This document shows positions 10,349 through 19,899 of a stretch of 64,000 nucleotides of DNA, piece by piece; position 1 is the first letter of the stretch; each line of letters begins with the position of its first letter. This DNA comes from Alphaproteobacteria bacterium (GTDB lineage Bacteria; Pseudomonadota; Alphaproteobacteria; Micropepsales; Micropepsaceae). The stretch is taken from positions 15,319 to 79,318 of the forward strand of contig CANIHD010000011.1 in the NCBI GenBank assembly GCA_947467345.1. The letters are read 5' to 3'. The translations under genes and the position numbers were made by a program. Under the pieces are notes generated by a model. It saw only the letters and a program-made list of their open reading frames with translations, was not told where the DNA came from and did no database searches.

Positions 10349-12838
10349 ATGATTCTGCTCGCCCGCGCGGTGGTTTTCTGGGAGCGCGTCTGGCTCGCCG
10401 CATGGCCGGCACTGGCCTTCACCGGCCTCTATCTCATTCTCGCGCTCACCGGCGCGCTCGATTTGCTCCCCTCCGCCTTGCGCGTATCGCTGCTGTTTGT
10501 CGTCGGCGGCGTGCTGTTCGCGGCGCTGTGGCGGAACTTCTCTCCTGTACGCAAACCCGGCTGGGAAGATGGCGCCCGGCGGCTGGAACGCGACAGCGAC
10601 CTCGCTCATCGCCCGCTGACCGAAGGCAAAGACAATCTAGCCGCCGGCGGACACGATCCGCTGACGGCCCGGCTGTGGCGCGTGCATGTGTTACGCCTCT
10701 TGGCGTCGGCCCAAAATTTACGCTTGGCGCTGCCGTCACCGCAGCTCCGTCAGCGCGATCCCTATTTCCTGCGCTTTATCGTGCTTGCCGGCGTGGTGGC
10801 GGGTTTTGTCATGGCCGGCGCGCAATCGGGCAATCGGATCTATTCCGCAGTCTTCCCGCCGCTGACCGACCCCGAAGACGCGGTCATGTTCAATGCCTGG
10901 GTCTCACCGCCGCCCTATACGGGACAGCCGCCGCGCACTCTGGCGCAAGGCACGACGCCCGGCAGCGGTGAAATCACCGTTCCTTGGAAGAGCACGCTGG
11001 TGCTCCGCTTGCTCGACCCAAATGGGGCAATGCCGCGTCTGACCATTGCGCCGTCGTCGAAGCCCATCCGCTTCCGTCGCAGCGAGTCCGGTTACGAAAC
11101 CAAGCTTATCCTCAACAGCGATGTCGCGATCAATGTGCGCGTCGGCGCGCAAGGGCTGGGCGACTGGCAGTTCAAGATCGTTCCCGACAAGGCGCCGACC
11201 ATTGCCTTCGCGGAAGCGCCGGCCGCCGATCAGAACAAGGCGCTGACCTTCTCGTACAAAGCTTCCGATGATTACGGCGTCGCCGATGTGTCCGCCAAAG
11301 TCGTTCCGGTTCTGAATCCGAATGCGACGCCTTTGATGGTGCCGTTGGCACCCGCCGCGAACCAAAAGGAAGTGGCGCAGAAACTGGCTCGCGATCTCAC
11401 CTCCAATCCCTATGCGGGGACTGAAGTGAACATCACACTGATTGCCACTGATGCCGCCGGTCAGAAGGGCGAGAGCAAGCCGCAAAAAGTGAAACTGCCG
11501 GAGCGGTTGTTTGTGCATCCGCTGGCGCGCGCGCTTATCGAACAGCGCAAATCCGTGGCGGTGGAAGGCGAAAAGGGCCGCGCCCGCGCGCAAATGGCGA
11601 TGGACGCACTGACCATTGCGCCCGAGCGCTTCTACGAAAACGACTACTCGAATTATCTGGCGCTGCGCGCGATTCATTATCGGCTCGCGAATATCAAATC
11701 GCAGGAAGATTCGGATTCGGCGATGTCCTTCATGTGGGACATGGCGGTCGCATTGGAAGAAGGCGAGCTCGGCGACGCGCAAGCGCAAATGCAGGCGGCG
11801 CAGCAGGCTTTGCAGGATGCGATGCAGCGCGGCGCCTCCGATCAGGAATTGTCGGAGTTGATGCAGCGCCTACGTCAGGCGATCCAACGCTACATGCAAC
11901 AGCTGGCGCAGAATGCGCGTCCCGGGCAGCAGGGACAGCAAGGTCAGCAGATGACCCAGATGGATCTGAACGCGCTCCTCAAAATGATCGAGGATTTGGC
12001 GCGGACCGGCGCGCGCGATCAGGCGGCCCAGATGCTCGCGGCATTGATGCAGATGCTGCAGAACATGCAGGTGGTCCAAGGCGGCCAGCCGCAGCAGGGG
12101 CAACAAGGCCAGCAGGGACAGCAACAAGGCCCGAACGCGCAGGCGCAGCGTGAGCTTGGCGATTTGATGGGCCAGCAGCGCCAGTTGATGGACCAGACCT
12201 TCCGCGCCCAACGCGGCCAACAGGGGCAACAGGGGCAACAGGGGCAGCAGGGTCAACAAGGCCAACAGGGTCAACAAGGCCAAATGGGCCAAGGCCAGCC
12301 TGGTCAGGGTCAACCAGGGCAAGGACAACCGGGGCAGGGACAACCGCGCCAAGGCCAATTCGGCCAGTTCGATGGCAATGGCCAATCGGGCGGCTCGTTG
12401 GCACAGCAGCAGCAGGCGCTGCGCGAGCGCTTGCAGGGCATCATTCAGGGCTTGGGTCCTGACGGACAGAAAGCGGCGGGCGATTTGGCCGGCGCCGGCG
12501 AATCCATGAACCGCGCCGAGGGCGACCTTTCCGGAAACCAATTCGGTAACGCCGCACAGGCGCAGCAAGACGCGCTGGAGCGCTTGCGCCAAGCCGGCCA
12601 GCAAATGGCACAGGCCGACCAAAAAGGGAAGCAGAATGGAGACGGCCAAACGCTCGATCCGCTGGGACGCCCCGTGGGCGCCAACGGTCAATTGCTTGGC
12701 GGCATGCTGAACAATATCGACCAGGGCGATTTACAGCGGGCGCGCGAAATTCTGGACGAATTGCGCAAACGCGCCGCTGAACTCGGCCGCAGTACCGAAG
12801 AGCTCGACTACATCGATCGGCTGCTGAAACTCTTCTAA
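10349..12838 (+). CDS. alphaproteobacterial low-complexity membrane protein (TIGR02302/DUF4175-like, recalled from memory)
   Basis: N-terminal TM helices, a conserved central region and a long Gln/Gly-rich low-complexity C-terminal half. It follows lysA, as in many alphaproteobacteria. The start codon is uncertain. Confidence 0.75.
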   Translation: MILLARAVVFWERVWLAAWPALAFTGLYLILALTGALDLLPSALRVSLLFVVGGVLFAALWRNFSPVRKPGWEDGARRLERDSDLAHRPLTEGKDNLAAGGHDPLTARLWRVHVLRLLASAQNLRLALPSPQLRQRDPYFLRFIVLAGVVAGFVMAGAQSGNRIYSAVFPPLTDPEDAVMFNAWVSPPPYTGQPPRTLAQGTTPGSGEITVPWKSTLVLRLLDPNGAMPRLTIAPSSKPIRFRRSESGYETKLILNSDVAINVRVGAQGLGDWQFKIVPDKAPTIAFAEAPAADQNKALTFSYKASDDYGVADVSAKVVPVLNPNATPLMVPLAPAANQKEVAQKLARDLTSNPYAGTEVNITLIATDAAGQKGESKPQKVKLPERLFVHPLARALIEQRKSVAVEGEKGRARAQMAMDALTIAPERFYENDYSNYLALRAIHYRLANIKSQEDSDSAMSFMWDMAVALEEGELGDAQAQMQAAQQALQDAMQRGASDQELSELMQRLRQAIQRYMQQLAQNARPGQQGQQGQQMTQMDLNALLKMIEDLARTGARDQAAQMLAALMQMLQNMQVVQGGQPQQGQQGQQGQQQGPNAQAQRELGDLMGQQRQLMDQTFRAQRGQQGQQGQQGQQGQQGQQGQQGQMGQGQPGQGQPGQGQPGQGQPRQGQFGQFDGNGQSGGSLAQQQQALRERLQGIIQGLGPDGQKAAGDLAGAGESMNRAEGDLSGNQFGNAAQAQQDALERLRQAGQQMAQADQKGKQNGDGQTLDPLGRPVGANGQLLGGMLNNIDQGDLQRAREILDELRKRAAELGRSTEELDYIDRLLKLF
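12215..12368 (+). repeat. in-frame tandem (Q-G-Q / QGQP) codon repeats inside the TIGR02302-like gene
   Basis: Encodes 'GQQGQQGQQGQQGQQGQQGQQGQMGQGQPGQGQPGQGQPGQGQPRQGQFGQ'. The DNA is degenerate 9/12-nt tandem units. Confidence 0.85.
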
Positions 12839-13365
12839 TCGCTGACCGAAATGCGGATGTCGGGCAACCCGCGTGCGAGTCCCGAGCGGTCCATGCCGTA
12901 GCCGTAAAGAAACTCCGGCCCCGCTTCAAAACAGACATGATCGGCCGCTATCGCCGCATGTGGATGCGGCTTTCGAACCGCGACAGCGAACGCAACGCTG
13001 ATCGCTCCGGCTTCGAGCAAAAGTTCGCGTGCGCGCGCGGCGGTGGCGCCCGATTCCAGCACGCCGTCGATCAGAAGAATATTCCGCCCACGGACGATAT
13101 CCGACGGCGCCACAAGAACGCGCACATCGCCCGCGCGCTCGCGGTTTCCATAGGCGCGCAACCACAGAAATTCGGTGGGCAGGTCAAGGCCGCGATATGC
13201 CAAAGCGCGCACGAGATCCGCTGCGAACACAAACGCGCCTTGGAGAATAGGCACGACGATGTCGGGCTTCGGCGCCCGCGCGGCGATCTCGTCTGCGATG
13301 TCCGCAACGCGCACGGCAATTTGGCTTTGCGAAAAAAGCACGGTTTCGTGGGCCTGATTGCTCAT
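12835..13365 (-). CDS. phosphoribosyltransferase (hypoxanthine/purine PRTase-like)
   Basis: PRPP-binding loop 'NILLIDGVLESGAT'. 176 aa. Confidence 0.8.
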   Translation of the reverse strand: MSNQAHETVLFSQSQIAVRVADIADEIAARAPKPDIVVPILQGAFVFAADLVRALAYRGLDLPTEFLWLRAYGNRERAGDVRVLVAPSDIVRGRNILLIDGVLESGATAARARELLLEAGAISVAFAVAVRKPHPHAAIAADHVCFEAGPEFLYGYGMDRSGLARGLPDIRISVSD

Positions 13366-13395
13366 CGGCGAGCCGGCCTGCTGCGAGTCTGCATG

Positions 13396-14268
13396 CTAAT
13401 GGGGCGCGGCCGCAGCCGGCGGTTCCGCGTGTGCCGCAGGCGCCACCGGTGCGGCGGGCGTAGGCGCAGGTTCTGCGGCTTCATGTTCCGCTGGCGCAGG
13501 TTCCGCTGGCGCGTGTTCTGCGGGTTCATGTTCTGCGGGAGCATGTTCAGGAGGCGCAGAAGATTCGGGGTGTGCCGCGGCGTTCGGTGCATCGAGTTGA
13601 AAGCGAACATCGACAAAGGTCGCCGTGGCGGGCGGATTGGTTAGGCGTTGCACGAAGGAGGCCGTTTCACCCGGTTTCAATGTCGCCACACCGACCTCAA
13701 AATCCCAGGCATATAATTCGTGCCGTTCGGCATCGGCGAGACTGATCTTCACGGATGGAATCGGCAGTTCGCGCTGGCCGATATTCGCAATCTTGCCGGT
13801 AATGGAGAGAAGGCGCTGCCCTTCCTCTTCATCCACCGTATGGGAGACGTCCTCGAATGCGAGGCCGCGCACATTCAGCGGCATGCCGATCGCGGCGTAG
13901 AAGGATGCTGCGTTGGGCCACAATTCCGCGATAGTCTGACGATAGGTCACGACCGCCCAGGCGAGAGCTGCAATGAAAATGACAAGCGACGCCCAGGCGC
14001 CAACACTCGCCCAATGAATCTTGCCCATGCGCCCGCCACCGGAATCGGTTGTGACGGTGTCGCGCTGAGGCGCGAGAACCCCATCGCCGAGCGTGTGGGG
14101 CTCGGGTGGACGCGCGATAATATCCGCCTCCGGCTCCATTTCGGCTTCGGCAATGGCATGGAACCAGACATGACCACACTTGGCGCAACGGACATTGGCG
14201 CCCGGTGACGCGAAACGCGCCCGGTCGGTCTTGTAGCGCGTTGCGCAAGACGGACAGGTAAGAATCAT
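13396..14268 (-). CDS. MJ0042-type zinc-ribbon protein with TM segment (DUF3426-like)
   Basis: 'MILTCPSCATRYK...VRCAKCGHVWF', one TM helix, and a C-terminal Pro/Ala/Glu/His repeat tail. The start is taken at the internal M of ORF 13396..14355. Confidence 0.75.
   Translation of the reverse strand: MILTCPSCATRYKTDRARFASPGANVRCAKCGHVWFHAIAEAEMEPEADIIARPPEPHTLGDGVLAPQRDTVTTDSGGGRMGKIHWASVGAWASLVIFIAALAWAVVTYRQTIAELWPNAASFYAAIGMPLNVRGLAFEDVSHTVDEEEGQRLLSITGKIANIGQRELPIPSVKISLADAERHELYAWDFEVGVATLKPGETASFVQRLTNPPATATFVDVRFQLDAPNAAAHPESSAPPEHAPAEHEPAEHAPAEPAPAEHEAAEPAPTPAAPVAPAAHAEPPAAAAPH
13399..13575 (-). repeat. coding tandem repeat (PAEH-type) at the C-terminus of the zinc-ribbon protein
   Basis: Encodes 'PPEHAPAEHEPAEHAPAEPAPAEHEAAEPAPTPAAPVAPAAHAEPPAAAAPH'. 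Confidence 0.8.
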
Positions 14269-14492
14269 AGGGCGCCCAGAATTGTTGCGGGAACTGGAAC
14301 GAGACTGGCCCATCGCATATGCGATGGCAAGCATGGCAGGAATAGGTCCAAGCATGGGCCCTGGCGCTTATTTTTCCGTTTACATCCGCCGTCATCCGCC
14401 GCCTTTGGCGCTAGTGCCATCTTGGATTCCGATTGCAGCGAAAAATCTCTATGGTCGGCTCCTGTTGCGTCGGCACGAGTCTTGAGATCGCT

Positions 14493-15164
14493 ATGGTTCG
14501 CTTTGAAAATGTCGGTAAGCGATATGGGCGGGGCCCCGAAATTCTGCGCGATACCAGTTTCGCGCTAGAGCCCGGCTCGTTCACCTTCCTCACCGGCCCA
14601 TCAGGCGCCGGCAAATCGACGCTGCTCAAACTGGTCTTTCTGGCTGAGCGTCCGTCGCGCGGCCTAATAAGCCTATTCGGCCATGACCTCGCGCTGATGC
14701 ACCGCGCCGATCTTCCTGCCTTGCGCCGCCGCATAGGCGTGGTGTTTCAGGAATTTCGGCTGCTCGAACATCTATCGGCCTTTGAGAATGTCGCGCTTCC
14801 CTTGCGCCTCGCCGGCAAGACCGAGGCGGAATACAAAAAGGACGTGTCGGAATTGCTGTCGTGGGTCGGCCTCGGCGAACGCCTGAACGACAAGCCGCAA
14901 AGGCTTTCCGGCGGCGAACAGCAGCGCGTTGCCATTGCGCGCGCCATTGTGGCCAAGCCGGATTTGCTATTGGCCGACGAACCCACCGGCAACGTCGATC
15001 CCGAAATCGGTCAGCGGCTGATCCGTCTCTTTGTCGAGCTCAACCGTTTCGGCACCACCGTCATGATTGCAAGCCATGACCGTGGCTTGATCGAATCGAC
15101 ACCGGCGCGCGAGCTCAGGCTCATCGACGGACATCTCGTCGAGATGCGCGCGGCCCCGCGATGA
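14493..15164 (+). CDS. ftsE: cell division ATP-binding protein FtsE
   Basis: '[11 protein letters not shown]', Walker A 'GPSGAGKST', signature 'LSGGEQQRV'. Overlaps ftsX by 4 nt. Confidence 0.9.
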   Translation: MVRFENVGKRYGRGPEILRDTSFALEPGSFTFLTGPSGAGKSTLLKLVFLAERPSRGLISLFGHDLALMHRADLPALRRRIGVVFQEFRLLEHLSAFENVALPLRLAGKTEAEYKKDVSELLSWVGLGERLNDKPQRLSGGEQQRVAIARAIVAKPDLLLADEPTGNVDPEIGQRLIRLFVELNRFGTTVMIASHDRGLIESTPARELRLIDGHLVEMRAAPR

Positions 15165-16072
15165 ATGAATCAACATCCGCCTCCGACGCTTCCCTAAACC
15201 GCCGTGGACGCGTTCTGCCGCGGGATTCCGGCGCCGCCCCGCTCGACATCGTCATCGGGGTGATGGCCTTCCTCGCGGCTTTGGCGCTGGGTGGCGTTCT
15301 CATCGCAACACGCATGGCCGAGACCTGGGAAGGCGGCCTCAGCGGACGCCTCACTGTGCAGATCATGCCGGTGGGCGCGGCGCCGCCGCAGACCGAGGTC
15401 AATGCCGCGTTGGCACTGCTGCAGACGACGCCGGGCGTGATACGCGCCACAATCCTCAGCGACGCCGAGAACCTTGCGCTGGTCGAACCCTGGCTGGGAC
15501 CGGACGCCGGCCTCGCCAATCTGCCCTTTCCGCGCCTGATCGAGGCGCTGCTCGCACCGGGAACGACGCTCGATATTCGCGCCCTTAGCGCGCGGCTGAA
15601 GCAGGTGGCGCCGCACTCCGTGCTCGATGACCACGGACGCTGGGTCGAACGCTTGCGCGACGTGACCAATTCCGTGGTTTTCGTCGCCCTGGCGGTGCTG
15701 ATCCTGATCGCCATCGCCACAGCCGCCACAGTCGCCTTCGCGACGCGGGCGGGGCTCGCGGCTCACAAAGAGATCGTGGAACTCCTGCATTTGATGGGAG
15801 CCCAGGACCGCTTCATCGCCCGCGCCTTCGAATGGCATTATTTTCTCGGCGCGCTTCTCGCAGCGGCAGCGGGTGCATTGCTCGCCATGCTTGCATTTCT
15901 CGCCGCAGGGGGGCTGGACGAAATCGGCCTCGCCAGTGTCTCCTTCCTGCCGCCACTCGGCCTGAAAGCGGCCGAACTTCCATGGCTATTGTTGATCCCC
16001 GGCGCGGCGGCTTTGATCGCCTGGGGGACAGCCAGGCTGTCCGTGATCTCAGCGTTGCGCGAATTCTATTGA
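15161..16072 (+). CDS. ftsX: cell division permease FtsX-like
   Basis: Coupled to ftsE. Has a periplasmic loop and C-terminal TM helices. 303 aa. Confidence 0.85.
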   Translation: MNESTSASDASLNRRGRVLPRDSGAAPLDIVIGVMAFLAALALGGVLIATRMAETWEGGLSGRLTVQIMPVGAAPPQTEVNAALALLQTTPGVIRATILSDAENLALVEPWLGPDAGLANLPFPRLIEALLAPGTTLDIRALSARLKQVAPHSVLDDHGRWVERLRDVTNSVVFVALAVLILIAIATAATVAFATRAGLAAHKEIVELLHLMGAQDRFIARAFEWHYFLGALLAAAAGALLAMLAFLAAGGLDEIGLASVSFLPPLGLKAAELPWLLLIPGAAALIAWGTARLSVISALREFY

Positions 16073-16126
16073 GGTATCGAAGCCGATGGGTAACGCGGAC
16101 AAACGTTTAAGAAACGGGCCCGCGAA

Positions 16127-16732
16127 GTGAGCGGCGTAGGGTTTCTGGCGCGTGCCGTGGTGGTGTTCGCGGCGCTTTACGCCATCGGATTCGGCTTCTT
16201 CGTGACGCAGGTGCCGCAGGCTGCCGATCTCGACGGGGTGCCGCCGCATGCCGATGCCATTGTTGCGCTGACAGGCGGCGGCGGACGTTTGGGCCCGGCG
16301 GTCGCGCTTCTCGAAATGGGCACTGGGCAGCGGCTGCTGATTACCGGCGTCAATCCGGCCACTAAGAAAGCGGAACTACGCGCGCTTCTGAAAGGCGGCA
16401 GCAATTTCGATTGCTGCGCCGATCTCGGCTTCGAGGCGACCGACACGATCGGCAATGCGCGCGAAGCCGCCATTTGGGCGCATGACCACCACTACAACAG
16501 CCTCATCGTAGTGACGACGGACCATCATATGCCGCGCAGCCTGCTCGAATTCTCGGCGCAGATGCCCGATATCGCGCTCGTGCCCTACCCGGTCGCATCG
16601 GCCAAGCCGGGCGCCGACTGGCGCGATCGCCTGCCGCGTCTCAACGGCGAATTCGTGAAATATGTCGCGAGTTCTCTCAGGCTTGCGGTATTCGGACTCG
16701 TCAATGGCGCGGAGCGCCAAGCCGCATCGTGA
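16127..16732 (+). CDS. YdcF/ElyC family (DUF218) protein
   Basis: N-terminal TM helix, then 'DAIVALTGGGGR', 'LLITGV' and 'VVTTDHHMPRS'. Confidence 0.8.
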   Translation: MSGVGFLARAVVVFAALYAIGFGFFVTQVPQAADLDGVPPHADAIVALTGGGGRLGPAVALLEMGTGQRLLITGVNPATKKAELRALLKGGSNFDCCADLGFEATDTIGNAREAAIWAHDHHYNSLIVVTTDHHMPRSLLEFSAQMPDIALVPYPVASAKPGADWRDRLPRLNGEFVKYVASSLRLAVFGLVNGAERQAAS

Positions 16733-17424
16733 CCTTCATCCGCTCGACGCTCTTTGCCCTTTGGTTCTTCGTGGTCTCGGCGGTGATACATATCGCCCTT
16801 CTGCCCACGCTTCTGCTGCCGCGCCGTCATGCGGTGGCGGTCTCGAAATTCTGGGTGCGCACCATCTTCTTCGGCGTGAAATGGATCGCCGGGATTCGCT
16901 TTGAAGTGCGGGGACAGGAATTCATTCCCGATGGCGCGGCCTTGATTGCAGCCAAGCATCAATCGGCCTGGGAGACCTTGGCTTTCACGGCGCTTCTTCG
17001 CGATCCCGCGATTGTCCTCAAACGCGAGCTCGTCTGGATACCGCTCTTCGGCTGGTACATCACCAAGATCGGGACCATTCCCATCGACCGCGCCAGCGGC
17101 GGCGCCGCCATCCGCAAAATGGTCAAAGCCGCGCAGCGCGCCATTGCCGATAATCGTCAAGTCATGATTTTTCCCGAAGGCACCAGGCGCAAACCCGGCG
17201 CGCCTCCGGAATACAAAATCGGCGTCGCATCCCTATATTCTCAACTGAAGGTGCCTTGCGTTCCGGTGGCGCTGAACTCCGGCCTCCATTGGCAAGGGTT
17301 TTGGAAAGTCCCCGGGACCATTGTGGTGGAGTTCTTGCCGCCCATCCGCCCAGGGCTGAAGCGGGATGCGTTCATGACCCGCCTGGAAGGCGCCATCGAA
17401 ACCGCCTCGAACCGGCTCTCCTAA
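16729..17424 (+). CDS. plsC: 1-acyl-sn-glycerol-3-phosphate (lysophospholipid) acyltransferase
   Basis: Acyltransferase motifs 'AAKHQSAWET' and 'IFPEGTR'. Confidence 0.85.
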   Translation: MTFIRSTLFALWFFVVSAVIHIALLPTLLLPRRHAVAVSKFWVRTIFFGVKWIAGIRFEVRGQEFIPDGAALIAAKHQSAWETLAFTALLRDPAIVLKRELVWIPLFGWYITKIGTIPIDRASGGAAIRKMVKAAQRAIADNRQVMIFPEGTRRKPGAPPEYKIGVASLYSQLKVPCVPVALNSGLHWQGFWKVPGTIVVEFLPPIRPGLKRDAFMTRLEGAIETASNRLS

Positions 17425-17489
17425 GGCACGGCGTGGTGTGTTTTTGTTCGAAATGGAACCATGTTGGTAAAGCGGCAGGACCAGGAAGT

Positions 17490-17504
17490 GAACGAACAAA
17501 GAAC
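17490..17504 (+). promoter_or_regulatory. GAAC-N7-GAAC direct repeat (alphaproteobacterial LexA/SOS-box pattern) upstream of nrdJ
   Basis: 'GAACgaacaaaGAAC' lies immediately upstream of a TTGACT -35-like hexamer. Pattern match only. Confidence 0.25.
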
Positions 17505-17509
17505 AAAAA

Positions 17510-17538
17510 TTGACTTGGGGAACGCTCGGACCTTTAGT
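17510..17538 (+). promoter_or_regulatory. candidate sigma70-type promoter for nrdJ
   Basis: TTGACT, a 17-nt spacer, then TTTAGT, about 65 nt upstream of the nrdJ ATG. Confidence 0.25.
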
Positions 17539-17604
17539 GAACCGGCATTAAGTTTGGATTTTCTATTATTCGTCCGTTCCCCTGGAAGCCGATAGGCTGT
17601 TGCT

Positions 17605-19899
17605 ATGAACCCCCTCGCCCACCAAATCTGGGACATGAAATACCGGCTCAAGGGGCCGGACGGCACCCCCGTAGACCGAACGATCGAGGACACCTGGGCG
17701 CGTGTCGCTTTGGCCGCCGCACAGGCCGAGGCCCCGGAGCGTCGCCGTGAAACGGCTTTAGCTTTCGCTGACGCCCTGACCCAACACCGCTTCCTGCCTG
17801 CGGGCCGCATTCTGGCCGGCGCAGGGACGGCGCGAAAGGTGACGCTGTTCAACTGCTTCGTCATGGGGCGCATCCCTGACGATCTCGGCGGAATTTTTTC
17901 GCATTTGCGCGAAGCCGCGCTGACGATGCAGCAAGGCGGCGGCATCGGGTACGATTTCTCGACGCTCCGTCCGAGCGGTGCAGCCGTGGAAGGCGTCGGC
18001 GCCGACGCGTCGGGCCCGATCTCTTTCATGAATGTTTGGGATTCGATGTGCGCCACCATCATGAGCGCCGGGACCAGGCGCGGTGCGATGATGGGCACGC
18101 TGCGCTGCGACCATCCTGACATCGAAGCCTTCATCGACGCGAAGCGCGATCCCGCCCGCCTGAAAAATTTCAATCTCTCGGTTCTCGTCACCGATGCCTT
18201 CATGGAGGCAGTGAAGGAAGACCGCATCTGGGACCTGACATTCGGCGGCAAGATCTATCGCTCGCTGCCGGCGCGCGAATTGTGGGACCGCATTACGCGC
18301 GCAACCTATGAAGTCGCCGAGCCCGGCGTCATCTTCATCGACCGCATCAACGCGCTGAACAATCTCTCCTATTGCGAGACCATCGACAGCACAAATCCGT
18401 GCGGCGAGCAGCCGCTGCCGCCTTACGGCGCGTGCCTCTTGGGTTCCATAAATCTGTCGCAGTTGGTCGATCATCCGTTTACGGATGATGCACACCTCGA
18501 TACGGACGCTCTTGCGAAGCTGACCCGCACCGCCATCCGATTTCTGGACAACACCATCGACGTATCGCGCTTTCCCTTACAGGCGCAGCAGGACGAAGCC
18601 CATGCCAAAAGACGGATCGGGCTTGGCGTTACCGGCCTTGCCGATGCATTGATCTTCTGCCGCACGCGTTATGGTTCGGCACAAAGCCTGATGCTGATCG
18701 AAGAGTGGATGCAGGTTTTGCGCAATGCTTCCTATGAGGCATCCGCCGATCTGGCGCGCGAAAAAGGCGCATTCCCGCTTTTCGACCGCGACGCCTATCT
18801 GTCGCGGCCGAACATTGCTCAATTGCCACAACATATCCGCGACAAGATCGCGCTCCATGGCATGCGCAACGGTCTGGTGACATCGATTACACCGACCGGG
18901 ACGATCTCACTTCTGGCCGGAAACGTATCGAGCGGTATCGAACCGGTGTTCGCCTATTCCTATAAGCGCCGCGTACTAATGCCTGACGGAACGCATCGCG
19001 AAGAACAGGTTGCGGATCACGCTTTCGAGCACTTTCGCGATATGTTCGGCGCCGAGACCGCGCTGCCCGATTATTTCGTCAACGCGCAAGAATTGCAGCC
19101 ACACGATCATCTGGCGGTGCAAGCGGCAGCGCAGAAATATATCGACAGCTCTATTTCGAAGACGATCAATTGCCCGGCGGAAATTTCCTTTGACGCGTTC
19201 AAGGATGTGTACCGCACGGCCTATGAAATGGGCTGTAAAGGCTGCACCACCTATCGCCCAAGCGCCGTGCGCGGCGCGGTGCTTGAAATCGATTCCGTTA
19301 CGCCCCCGGCGCAAATTCTCCCGCCCGTCCTCGCACCGAAGCGCGAAACACTGGAAAGCGGTGGCGTGGTCTATATGACCAAACCGCTGGATCGGCCGGG
19401 CGCTCTGCCCGGACACACCTACAAGGTGCGCTGGCCCGATCTCGACCACGCCTTTTACATCACGATCAACGATATCGAGCAGGATGGAAGAAGGCGCCCC
19501 TTCGAGATTTTCATCAACTCCAAGAACATGGAGCACTATGCCTGGACAGTGGCGCTGACCCGCATGATCAGCGCCGTGTTCCGGCGCGGGGGCGACGTCA
19601 ATTTCATCGTCGAAGAGCTGAAGGCGGTGTTCGATCCGCGTGGCGGCCAATGGATGGGCGGGCGTTACGTGCCCTCGCTTCTGGCCGCGATCGGCGAGGT
19701 GATCGAGCTTCATCTGGTGGAAATCGGGTTCACGCCCAAGCGGGCGGAGGACGAATCCGACGCCAAACGTGCCGCCGTGGCGGGCGAGAAGGCGGAAGGC
19801 GCTCCGGCCCGGCGCTGCCCGCGCTGCTCCGCCACCGGCTTCGTCCGGCTCGAGGGTTGCGACACCTGCGTCTCCTGCGGCTATTCCAAATGCGGTTAG
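17605..19899 (+). CDS. nrdJ: adenosylcobalamin-dependent (class II) ribonucleotide reductase
   Basis: 764 aa. 'NPCGEQPLPPYGACLLGSINL', 'SISKTINCP', and a Cys-rich C-terminal tail 'CPRCSATGFVRLEGCDTCVSCGYSKCG'. Confidence 0.95.
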   Translation: MNPLAHQIWDMKYRLKGPDGTPVDRTIEDTWARVALAAAQAEAPERRRETALAFADALTQHRFLPAGRILAGAGTARKVTLFNCFVMGRIPDDLGGIFSHLREAALTMQQGGGIGYDFSTLRPSGAAVEGVGADASGPISFMNVWDSMCATIMSAGTRRGAMMGTLRCDHPDIEAFIDAKRDPARLKNFNLSVLVTDAFMEAVKEDRIWDLTFGGKIYRSLPARELWDRITRATYEVAEPGVIFIDRINALNNLSYCETIDSTNPCGEQPLPPYGACLLGSINLSQLVDHPFTDDAHLDTDALAKLTRTAIRFLDNTIDVSRFPLQAQQDEAHAKRRIGLGVTGLADALIFCRTRYGSAQSLMLIEEWMQVLRNASYEASADLAREKGAFPLFDRDAYLSRPNIAQLPQHIRDKIALHGMRNGLVTSITPTGTISLLAGNVSSGIEPVFAYSYKRRVLMPDGTHREEQVADHAFEHFRDMFGAETALPDYFVNAQELQPHDHLAVQAAAQKYIDSSISKTINCPAEISFDAFKDVYRTAYEMGCKGCTTYRPSAVRGAVLEIDSVTPPAQILPPVLAPKRETLESGGVVYMTKPLDRPGALPGHTYKVRWPDLDHAFYITINDIEQDGRRRPFEIFINSKNMEHYAWTVALTRMISAVFRRGGDVNFIVEELKAVFDPRGGQWMGGRYVPSLLAAIGEVIELHLVEIGFTPKRAEDESDAKRAAVAGEKAEGAPARRCPRCSATGFVRLEGCDTCVSCGYSKCG

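Noticed and set aside
11870-12691. 273-aa Leu-rich ORF opposite the Gln-rich part of the TIGR02302-like gene.
   Set aside because: It is the mirror image of the CAG/CAA (Gln) repeats, which read as CTG/TTG (Leu) on the other strand. It is an artefact of the coding repeat.
17424-17605. Possible cobalamin riboswitch in the nrdJ 5' leader.
   Set aside because: No B12-box-like core (such as GCCACTG) or conserved riboswitch helices are visible. In addition, B12 riboswitches normally repress B12-independent enzymes, not the B12-dependent NrdJ.
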